Source of the DNA: a virus
Taxonomy: Duplodnaviria > Caudoviricetes
IMG/VR virus record: IMGVR_UViG_3300028591_000075
Location: 160,001-224,000 of that record
Direction: 5' to 3' (one strand)
DNA: 64,000 nucleotides
Below the pieces are notes generated by a model. That model ran no database searches. It had not been told where the DNA came from and was given only the letters and a program-made list of their open reading frames with translations. A program made the translations under genes and the position numbers. Shown in pieces: positions 55,192 through 63,050 of the stretch; position 1 is the stretch's first letter; every line of letters starts with the position of its first letter.

Positions 55192-56089
55192 GCCGAACAT
55201 GACTGTTCTCCGGGGAGTGAACCCGCGCAAGAGCGACTATACGACCTTCATGTTCCGTGGTGACTGTCTCGAACACCTGAAAGTCCTGGATGACGCATCG
55301 GTCGATATGATCCTCTGTGACCTCCCGTATGGTGTCACCCATAATCCCCATGACAAGAGGTTGCCCTTTGAACCGCTTTGGAAGGAGTACGAGCGCGTCA
55401 TCAAGGACAACGGGGCGATAGTCCTTTTCGCCCAGGGCCTGTTCTATGTGGACCTTGTGGCATCCAATCGCAAGCTGTTCCGGTATGACCTGGTATGGGA
55501 CAAGGTGCTAACTACCGGGTTCCTGAATGCCAAAAAGATGCCGCTGCGGCAGCATGAGCAGATTGCGGTGTTCTACAAGCAGCTCCCGACCTACAATCCA
55601 CAGTTCCATGAGGGAAAGCCCTTGCATGGGCGCGGGAACGCCTACAAGACCAAGGACCTCGTGAACAACAACTACGGGGACTTCAAGGCGACCGATGACG
55701 TTCGGAAGGGCAGCACCCAGAAGTACCCTACCTCGATTGTCAAGATTAACAAGCCGCACCCGTCCGCAAGCAACCACAGGACCGAGAAGCCAATCCCGCT
55801 CCTGGAATACCTCATCAGGACCTTCACCAATCCGGGTGAAGTCGTGATGGACAACTGCATGGGCGCCGGTGGCTGCGGTGTGGCCGCGTTGCATACCGGA
55901 CGCCGTTTCGTGGGTATGGAAATCGACAATGAATACTATGACATTGCCGAAGATCGCATCTTTAAGGCCCATTCCGGGGATATAGACATTCATTACGATG
56001 TGAAGGTGGTGGGACATACCTCAGTGGATGCATTCAACGTAAAGGTGGAGGTTTCCGATGGAAAACTCAAAACAGAACAAGTTCAGTGA
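55184..56089 (+). CDS. N4/N6 DNA methyltransferase (beta class)
   Basis: GDCLE, ILCDLPYG, HRTEKP and VMDNCMGAGGCG motifs. Confidence 0.9.
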   Translation: MDKPNMTVLRGVNPRKSDYTTFMFRGDCLEHLKVLDDASVDMILCDLPYGVTHNPHDKRLPFEPLWKEYERVIKDNGAIVLFAQGLFYVDLVASNRKLFRYDLVWDKVLTTGFLNAKKMPLRQHEQIAVFYKQLPTYNPQFHEGKPLHGRGNAYKTKDLVNNNYGDFKATDDVRKGSTQKYPTSIVKINKPHPSASNHRTEKPIPLLEYLIRTFTNPGEVVMDNCMGAGGCGVAALHTGRRFVGMEIDNEYYDIAEDRIFKAHSGDIDIHYDVKVVGHTSVDAFNVKVEVSDGKLKTEQVQ

Positions 56090-56327
56090 TGTGGACATCA
56101 AAATTTACTCGGACTTCTATGCCGACCCCAATTACGTCCTCGTAGGATACAAGGGCAAGTCTGTTGAGGCACCGGGTGTATTCTATATTCCGTACAAGAA
56201 GCCGAATATCTTCGTGCGCCTTTTCAGGAAAATCTTCGAAAGGTTCAGACATACATCGGAAGCGGTGCCGTTAAGCACGGATTCCAATGGATGGACCCTA
56301 TATTCCTCTAACGGGGGAATGGAATGA
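56058..56327 (+). CDS. 89-aa protein containing a gp23-type major capsid segment plus an amphipathic helix
   Basis: GGAGG RBS. 'IKIYSDFYADPNYVLVGYKGKSVEAPGVFYIPY' matches the gp23 motif 'VY.D.YA..DY..VGYKG.....AG.(Y/F)Y.PY'. Confidence 0.7.
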   Translation: MENSKQNKFSDVDIKIYSDFYADPNYVLVGYKGKSVEAPGVFYIPYKKPNIFVRLFRKIFERFRHTSEAVPLSTDSNGWTLYSSNGGME

Positions 56328-56464
56328 AGGGGAACATAATTACGCCTCGGGGGATAATCGTCTCCCCGTACAGGAAGCCGAATGTTTTTGAATGCATACT
56401 GATGAAAATCAGGGGGCTTTTCGAAAGGCCGAAGAAGTTAAAAAACAAATGGAGTGCAGTATGA
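56324..56464 (+). CDS. 46-aa tandem paralog of 56058 (not in the ORF track)
   Basis: MKGNIITPRGIIVSPYRKPNVFECILMKIRGLFERPKKLKNKWSAV. ATGA overlaps at both ends; DNA CCGTACAGGAAGCCGAATGT versus CCGTACAAGAAGCCGAATAT in 56058. Confidence 0.7.
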   Translation: MKGNIITPRGIIVSPYRKPNVFECILMKIRGLFERPKKLKNKWSAV

Positions 56465-57012
56465 AGGATACCCTCATTGTGAACCTGTATGGAGGTCCGG
56501 GAACCGGAAAATCGACCGGTGCAGCCTATATCTTCTCTATGTTGAAGATGTCCGGTGTCGATGCCGAGTACGTGACCGAGTTTGCCAAGGACAAGGTGTG
56601 GGAAGGGAACCAGGAAGTTTTCAAGTGCCAGTTCTACATCACCGGGAAACAGGCGTACCGTATCGCACGGTGCTTTGGGAAGGTCGATGTAATCGTTACG
56701 GATTCGCCGATCCGCCTCGGGAAAATATATGCCGACATGATTGGGCGTACCCAGTTAGGTCTCGCGTGTATCGAGGATGCGGAGCAGTATGACGACCATT
56801 CTATCGACGTATTCTTGCGGCGTGTCAAGCCATATAATCCGAATGGCAGGAATCAGTCTGAAGAGGAAGCCTGGCAACTCGACCAAAAAATCAAGAGCGT
56901 CATTCCGATGCCGTACTATGAGTTTGACGGGGACATTGACGGGTACAAGAAAATTTACAACCTAATCATGCAGAAAATGTCGCCCAGGTTGCTAGAAAGG
57001 ACATCAAAGTGA
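56461..57012 (+). CDS. NadR/AAA_28-type P-loop NTPase/kinase
   Basis: VNLYGGPGTGKST, EFAKDKVWE, IVTDSP and GRNQSEEEA motifs; start reassigned to 56461. Confidence 0.8.
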   Translation: MKDTLIVNLYGGPGTGKSTGAAYIFSMLKMSGVDAEYVTEFAKDKVWEGNQEVFKCQFYITGKQAYRIARCFGKVDVIVTDSPIRLGKIYADMIGRTQLGLACIEDAEQYDDHSIDVFLRRVKPYNPNGRNQSEEEAWQLDQKIKSVIPMPYYEFDGDIDGYKKIYNLIMQKMSPRLLERTSK

Positions 57013-57582
57013 TTTCCAATCGTTCCTGGCTCGTTCCAGGAACTTTTCGTATTCGTTCTTCGCCTGGATCATGTACTGGGTGATATACTGTTTCAGGAGT
57101 TCCTGGGCAAAATGGCGGTTTCCTGGCGAGAAATACACATGGTTTCCCACCTGGCAGTACCCCTTGGCATCTACCTGGCTTTCCACATAGGAATCGACTT
57201 CTTCCGGCTCGGTCTCCACGATACCTGACAGCGGGGACCATTTCAGGTCATAAATGGCATCCGCTTTCGGGTGGCGCACATCGACAAACACCGTGATTTC
57301 CCTGCCTTCGATGTCCTTGAATATGACCGCCTGGCCGGTGGTCGTATTTGCCACCTGGACGACAGAGAGCGAATTCTCGTATTGGCGGGAATGCTGCCCG
57401 GCCTTGGTGTCGGGATGAAAGATCAGCTTATGGTGATTTGGACACAGGGGTATTTCTATGTCCTTGTTCAGCTTGACTTTGAGTTCCTTCGGGTTTATGT
57501 GGTGGAATTCCATCAGGGCCCGGTTGTCGGTCTCGTAGTCGCAATTCGGGAACACACACTTGTATTTCATCTGCATCTTCAT
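57004..57582 (-). CDS. HNH endonuclease-like protein
   Basis: CVFPNC...EFHHINP...LCPNHHKLIFH; stands alone on the minus strand. Confidence 0.7.
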   Translation of the reverse strand: MKMQMKYKCVFPNCDYETDNRALMEFHHINPKELKVKLNKDIEIPLCPNHHKLIFHPDTKAGQHSRQYENSLSVVQVANTTTGQAVIFKDIEGREITVFVDVRHPKADAIYDLKWSPLSGIVETEPEEVDSYVESQVDAKGYCQVGNHVYFSPGNRHFAQELLKQYITQYMIQAKNEYEKFLERARNDWKSL

Positions 57583-57636
57583 GGTGTAAAACTACATCCG
57601 GTTGCCGGTGCAAACATTTATTGCTATATTTTAGGT

Positions 57637-58626
57637 ATGATGAACTTATTCAAACTCTTCCTTAAACCCATCGATGTCACCGCGCTTGACGATATGCGTC
57701 TGTCCGACATCATGAAACTCACTGGCCGTCTCCGGGATGGCAACAAAATTATCGTTCTCGACAAGGACAAGGGCCACCGTGCGAACCAGCTCCGGCAGTT
57801 AATCACCGATCGCCTCAGGCTGCTAATTGGCTGGTCAGGGCAGGCAGACGTTTCTGCACTGACCTTCGACAGCAACTGCGCCGATTCAATCACGGTATTC
57901 GAAGAGGAATTCAACAAGATGGTCCGCGAATATGCGACCGAGCACAAGCTGTACCATGAGGTATCGTCTTGGGCGATGGGTACCTCCAATGGTATCAACG
58001 ACACCTTGGCATATTCGTACCATTTTAATCCGAATAACCAGGAAGACACACTTGCCAATATGGTAAAGGTAATTACCAAAGGCATAGTAAATGCGCACAG
58101 GTCATTCGACAACCTGCAACGGATTGCCCGGAATTTTGAATGGGCTATTCCGGTTGTCGAATATATCAGGGTCTATCCTAGTGGCGATGATGATTGGGGT
58201 GCCCCCGTGTGGCATATCGAGAACCTCAGTATCACACCGGAAAACCTTAACGGCTTCATGGATGAAGCCAAGAACATCTTGCAGGACGAGGAGGCCCTCG
58301 CCGAATGGCGAAAGGAAATCATTGCCAGTTTCCGCATTGCCTCGTATGGACACCATGCGAATGTTGACTTTAATACGCCCAGTGTGACAGTACATACGCC
58401 GGACGAATGGAAGAAGACTTACTACGAAAGAATCAAGCCGGAGGCCGAACGTCGCGAACGCTGCAAGGACGTAATCGAAGAAATCAAGGGGCAGATGACC
58501 CGCGATGACGTATTGCGCAGCATCGGCATTACCGAACTCGTTGACAAGTGCCGTCTCCTGGCCATTGAACACGCCAGTACCGATGGGACATTGGGTCCCT
58601 ACCGGAACCTGCTGCAGGGGGAATAA
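57637..58626 (+). CDS. Hypothetical protein
   Basis: Start reassigned to 57637 (TGcTATATT + 6 nt). The upstream part of the listed ORF is the antisense of the HNH gene. Confidence 0.6.
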   Translation: MMNLFKLFLKPIDVTALDDMRLSDIMKLTGRLRDGNKIIVLDKDKGHRANQLRQLITDRLRLLIGWSGQADVSALTFDSNCADSITVFEEEFNKMVREYATEHKLYHEVSSWAMGTSNGINDTLAYSYHFNPNNQEDTLANMVKVITKGIVNAHRSFDNLQRIARNFEWAIPVVEYIRVYPSGDDDWGAPVWHIENLSITPENLNGFMDEAKNILQDEEALAEWRKEIIASFRIASYGHHANVDFNTPSVTVHTPDEWKKTYYERIKPEAERRERCKDVIEEIKGQMTRDDVLRSIGITELVDKCRLLAIEHASTDGTLGPYRNLLQGE

Positions 58627-58631
58627 CCATA

Positions 58632-58832
58632 ATGACGTTTGACGAATTAAGAGAGTATCTGGGTGGTGCCGGTGACCGGTATGGCTACAGAGGTTCATTC
58701 GATAGCTGTAAGATCATGATCATGACCGCAAATGGACCGGTCCCCGTTGAAAGCGCCCGGATCCATATCGATGAGGGCGGCATCGGGAGCATCGTTCTCT
58801 ACCCCGAGGAGACAAATGGCGATCTTGGGTGA
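58632..58832 (+). CDS. Small hypothetical protein
   Basis: Purine-rich RBS; tightly packed in the operon. Confidence 0.5.
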   Translation: MTFDELREYLGGAGDRYGYRGSFDSCKIMIMTANGPVPVESARIHIDEGGIGSIVLYPEETNGDLG

Positions 58833-59814
58833 TTATGTGAACGGGAACCATCGTACCATACTGTACGATGATGGCACCAGATTTCGTGAAACTGGTTCCT
58901 ATGTCGATGGGAAGTGGATGGCAGATGATGTCGACCACTTCACTTTCGATTTTCCGGAGTCCTTCGACTTGAAGATTACCGACTACTGCGACGGCAGGTG
59001 CCCGTGGTGCCACGAGAATTCCACGATTGTAGGGAAACATGGCGACCTATCCAAGATGACACATATTGTCGAGACGATACAACCGGGAACGGAAATTGCC
59101 GTAGGGGGCGGTGACCTGTTCAGCTGTCCTGGCATTGACGATTTTCTTGCCTTGCTGAAACGGCGCGGCATCGTTGCGAACATAACGGTGAACCAGAAGC
59201 ACCTTGACCGGTATGGCGACAAACTGCTGCATCTTGTCCAGGAGGACCTGGCCCACGGCATAGGCATCTCCCTTACGGATTCTTCGAAAATCGAGGACTT
59301 GGATTTCATAGACAAGTTGGGACCGAATGTGGTCATCCATGTCATTGCCGGCATCTTCGACGATAAGGACATCCCATTTGTCCGTGGACGCAAGGTACTC
59401 ATTCTCGGGTACAAGATGTTGAGGCGCGGTGACTTGTATCTTGCCGACCCAAGGAAGTATGCGGAAGTCGTTCACAACATGGAATTGCTCCGGTTGCGGT
59501 GGCAGCATATCCTTGCCAAGGAATGCAAGGCGGTCGCCTATGACAACCTGGCAATCGAGGACCTTGGACCAAAGGACGAATTGTGCATCCCCGATACCAA
59601 GTATGTCCACCTGTATCAGGGAAACGATACGGAATGCTTCGATGCCGCTGGTAATATGACCTGCTCGACCATGTTCATCGACCTCCCGAACATGCAGGTG
59701 GCCAGAATGAGCACGGCTCCGATGGAAACCAGGCAGCCATTTACCGGCAACGAAAGCATTGAAGAACTATTGAAACTCACAACGAAAGGATGGACCGATG
59801 TACATCGAAGTTGA
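58816..59814 (+). CDS. Radical SAM protein
   Basis: DLKITDYCDGRCPWCHENS (CxxxCxxC), EIAVGGG and ANITVNQ motifs; GAGGAG RBS before 58816. Confidence 0.9.
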   Translation: MAILGDYVNGNHRTILYDDGTRFRETGSYVDGKWMADDVDHFTFDFPESFDLKITDYCDGRCPWCHENSTIVGKHGDLSKMTHIVETIQPGTEIAVGGGDLFSCPGIDDFLALLKRRGIVANITVNQKHLDRYGDKLLHLVQEDLAHGIGISLTDSSKIEDLDFIDKLGPNVVIHVIAGIFDDKDIPFVRGRKVLILGYKMLRRGDLYLADPRKYAEVVHNMELLRLRWQHILAKECKAVAYDNLAIEDLGPKDELCIPDTKYVHLYQGNDTECFDAAGNMTCSTMFIDLPNMQVARMSTAPMETRQPFTGNESIEELLKLTTKGWTDVHRS

Positions 59815-60682
59815 CAAGATATACTACAAATACAACCGGATGCCGGACAAGTATGCGGGATTGAGTAGTTCCGCCAAGCGCAAGGCGCAAAAGCTGGAAA
59901 AGCAGCTCAAAAAGGTTGAATTTGACCTCCGTCCTTACGGGATGGACGTACTGGATTTCTCGGAAATGTTCGAGATGACCATTAAATACGACCCAAGCCA
60001 GAAGTTTGTCAAGGAAGACGAATTCCATAGTCACTATATCGGCTTCAAGCTCATTCCTCACGGTCCACACAAGCTGGCCGAGTTCTGTGGCCGGCTGCTG
60101 GCAAAGGGTGACGAAGGATACCTGCAGAACAGGATCCATAGTTGGCAGCTCGCATGCGACAACATGTTCGAAAGCATACTTGACTGTATGAATTCATTCC
60201 TCAAGTTCCTTATTAACGACTTGTATCCGAAACGGTATGATATTGCGACAATTCCCGACAACCTAGGCGTATGTGGCCTGTGGTGCGGGCAGACCAAAAG
60301 CTACGAGCTGTATGTCCATGTTCGACCGCATGACGTGAAGGCTCTGATGACCGTATCAAAGGACATGGCTCGCAATCATGATGCACAACATCAGGACGGC
60401 GCCATGGATGCATTGCCCGAATACGAGAAGTATGTGATTGATGAACTCGCCGCGATTCTTGTCAAGCAGAATGGCGGGTTTGCCAGTGTTTACAACCCGG
60501 AAGTCAATGTAGTTCCATTCCTTCCATGGTTCAGACAGTATCGAAAAGTCAAGTTATATGAGAACGCCAAGACCGATTGTGCCGACGTAATCGAGAAGGT
60601 GGACGCACGCGCAGCGGAAATTCGCGAAATGGGCAAGGTTACTCTGGAAGAGGCTGCAGCCAAGGAGGAAAAGCATGAGTAA
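59798..60682 (+). CDS. Hypothetical protein
   Basis: 294-aa ORF overlapping both neighbours. Confidence 0.6.
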   Translation: MYIEVDKIYYKYNRMPDKYAGLSSSAKRKAQKLEKQLKKVEFDLRPYGMDVLDFSEMFEMTIKYDPSQKFVKEDEFHSHYIGFKLIPHGPHKLAEFCGRLLAKGDEGYLQNRIHSWQLACDNMFESILDCMNSFLKFLINDLYPKRYDIATIPDNLGVCGLWCGQTKSYELYVHVRPHDVKALMTVSKDMARNHDAQHQDGAMDALPEYEKYVIDELAAILVKQNGGFASVYNPEVNVVPFLPWFRQYRKVKLYENAKTDCADVIEKVDARAAEIREMGKVTLEEAAAKEEKHE

Positions 60683-60893
60683 GAGTGGTGGAACTATTTT
60701 AGCCGTAGTAGTATGGCTTACCGGATTTGCCATTTCCATTTGCATTGCCTCCATTCCCAAGTGGAATGAATGGCCAGTGGAAGAAGTAAGAACCATATTG
60801 TGTTATTTCATGTCCGTCATGATATTTGCAATATCCCCGGTTGGGGGTGGTCTCATCATTCACAAGACATGGTTTCAAAATGAGAAGTATTAG
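60675..60893 (+). CDS. Small 2-TM membrane protein
   Basis: AAGGAGG RBS and two hydrophobic helices. Confidence 0.55.
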   Translation: MSKSGGTILAVVVWLTGFAISICIASIPKWNEWPVEEVRTILCYFMSVMIFAISPVGGGLIIHKTWFQNEKY

Positions 60894-61485
60894 ACCCGCG
60901 ATGTTCGAAACCAATTCCAGTTCGTGCCACTGTATGGTTATATGCTCCAAGGCCGACTGGGAGAAGTTCATCCATGCTGAACTGTTTGCCGTGTGCGCGG
61001 AGAACAAGGGAAGCTACCCTCAGCCGTTGATTGACATCGACGGTGTATATGCTATCATGGAGCTGGAAATCAAGAAGGAGTATTCCCTGTTCTGGTCGGA
61101 AGTCAAGCCCACCATCGAACTGGTCAAGTGGATTTACACCGCGTTTTCCATCGACATGATTAAGCCTGGTACCGACCCGTCCTACGACGAGATGGAGTTC
61201 AGACCCGCATCCGATAATTGGTGGGTGGAAAATGCCCCTGATGACTTGAAGGGGTTCATTTCCGAAAACGTGGGCACACTGGATGAATTGCTTGACTGGG
61301 TATCCCTGACCTATACCCCGTATTCCTACGAGATGATCCGTCTCCTTTCCAAGAATTTCACGATGGAATATGACGATTATCCGAGCATACAGCCCCATGA
61401 TGCAAGCGAAAGTGACTTGAAGATATGGGGGCCGGAATATCTTGGTACCGACGCCATCATCTGCCGCGCCATCTGGTACGCATGA
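60880..61485 (+). CDS. 'IRxxxFETNSSSxH' family protein 1
   Basis: N-terminus MRSIRPAMFETNSSSCH; start reassigned to 60880. Confidence 0.7.
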   Translation: MRSIRPAMFETNSSSCHCMVICSKADWEKFIHAELFAVCAENKGSYPQPLIDIDGVYAIMELEIKKEYSLFWSEVKPTIELVKWIYTAFSIDMIKPGTDPSYDEMEFRPASDNWWVENAPDDLKGFISENVGTLDELLDWVSLTYTPYSYEMIRLLSKNFTMEYDDYPSIQPHDASESDLKIWGPEYLGTDAIICRAIWYA

Positions 61486-61494
61486 GGTAAATGA

Positions 61495-62238
61495 ATGTTT
61501 ACAATCAGACACAATGTTTTCGAGACTAATTCCAGTTCCGAACATGCCTTGAAGGTGAACCGGGACGTTCCCCGCAAGAAGGAAGATTTCCCCCTTCTGA
61601 ACGACCAGGGCATCCTTGAAATCGAGGCCACCAGGTACTGGGAATCCGGCGTATCGGTGTCTTCCATCAGGGACATCATAGAATACATCTGCCTCCTTTG
61701 TTATTCGGTCGAGGATAACTTTGATTCGGCATTTGCCCATATCAAGAGGGCCTACGAGGAAATCAGTCTCCAGGCGCCCAATGGCCTCTCGGTATATGTA
61801 ATCGACCATAACGGGAAGCGACATTCCTACACGGACGATGACTATATCAACGGCCCCTATATCGAATACAGGAACAATAGCCTCCTTAAACTTCCTAACG
61901 GAGATACGAAGCCCAATTTCATCTATCGCTGGTATCTCGAACCAGTCCAGAACCACGGAATTGATAATGAAGAAGTCGGACGCAAGATGTACGAATTTAC
62001 CGACCTGGATGCATTTATCGGCACCCATGCAGAAATTATTCTTTCGCCACTTTACAAAATGCTTTGTGAATGCGATATATTAAATGTGCACGTCGGTATA
62101 GCATGCCAATGTCTGGCATTCTCGCCCACACTGGATGAATGCCTGTCGGATCTTGTCGATGATGAGGAAGATTACAACTGGCAGAATATCGACGATGCGT
62201 TCCGGTTCGAATCCACATTGTACTTTTATCATTCATAG
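61495..62238 (+). CDS. 'IRxxxFETNSSSxH' family protein 2
   Basis: N-terminus MFTIRHNVFETNSSSEH; GAGGT RBS. Confidence 0.7.
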   Translation: MFTIRHNVFETNSSSEHALKVNRDVPRKKEDFPLLNDQGILEIEATRYWESGVSVSSIRDIIEYICLLCYSVEDNFDSAFAHIKRAYEEISLQAPNGLSVYVIDHNGKRHSYTDDDYINGPYIEYRNNSLLKLPNGDTKPNFIYRWYLEPVQNHGIDNEEVGRKMYEFTDLDAFIGTHAEIILSPLYKMLCECDILNVHVGIACQCLAFSPTLDECLSDLVDDEEDYNWQNIDDAFRFESTLYFYHS

Positions 62239-62247
62239 GAGAGAACT

Positions 62248-63042
62248 ATGCTATTGAGTGAACTTGAAACTAAATTGAACCTCTTGCTCACCCCTGGCGA
62301 GTTCAAGGATTTCTGCCCGAATGGGTTGATCGTCAAGGGTTCTTCCGGTGACCCGCAGGTCACGTCCGTCGTGACCGGTGTCAGCCTCAGGGCCGACCTT
62401 ATCAGCCGGGCCATCGCGAATGGCTCCAATGTCATCATCGTGCATCACCCGAATGGCTTCTGGTTCTCCGACAAGGAAAAGCGCGTACTGGATACCCAGT
62501 ATGGTGAATACATGCGCATGCTGCTGCAGAATCGGATTTCCCTGTTTGGGTTCCATTTGCCTCTTGATGCCCATCCTACCCTCGGGAACAATGCGACAGT
62601 CTATAAGAAGCTCGGCCTCAAAGGAACCGTGATGCAGGGTTCCGCTGGGCAGTATTTCGATGACAAGCCGAACCTTCCCGACCGTTTCATGGAGGCCAAC
62701 ATCGGATTCGGCGGTGTAGGCGTGATAACGGACGAGTTGCTGCACAAGGTGTTCCCGCATGGCTACCAGGCGTTTGGCTTCGAAAGCGGCAAGGAATACG
62801 CGGTAGCAATCTGTACCGGTAGCGGGACTTCCGAACTGGAAGAGGCCCGTGAACGCGGATACAACATGTTCATCACAGGTGAAATCCGTGAATCCACGCC
62901 AATCTATTCCGCCGAAACCGGCATGGCCGTTATTGCTGCCGGCCACCATCGCTCGGAAATCTTCGGCGTGGAGAACATTGCCGACTGGCTTAATGAAAAT
63001 GGGGTAAGTGCCATGTTCATCGACCTGGACAATCCTATTTAG
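62248..63042 (+). CDS. Nif3/YbgI-like dinuclear metal-centre protein
   Basis: DFCPNGL, IIVHH, HLPLDAHPTLGNN, FITGE and AAGHHRSE motifs. Confidence 0.9.
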   Translation: MLLSELETKLNLLLTPGEFKDFCPNGLIVKGSSGDPQVTSVVTGVSLRADLISRAIANGSNVIIVHHPNGFWFSDKEKRVLDTQYGEYMRMLLQNRISLFGFHLPLDAHPTLGNNATVYKKLGLKGTVMQGSAGQYFDDKPNLPDRFMEANIGFGGVGVITDELLHKVFPHGYQAFGFESGKEYAVAICTGSGTSELEEARERGYNMFITGEIRESTPIYSAETGMAVIAAGHHRSEIFGVENIADWLNENGVSAMFIDLDNPI

Positions 63043-63050
63043 GGGGATTC

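Noticed and set aside
57004-57582. HNH gene as part of an intron or mobile element
   Set aside because: It is free-standing between intact genes, with no interrupted host gene or terminal repeats seen; kept only as a CDS.
58690-58770. SFDSCKIMIMTANGPVPVES looks like a Hint/intein N-terminal block
   Set aside because: The ORF ends about 20 aa later with no TxxH block, and no C-terminal HN partner was recognised.
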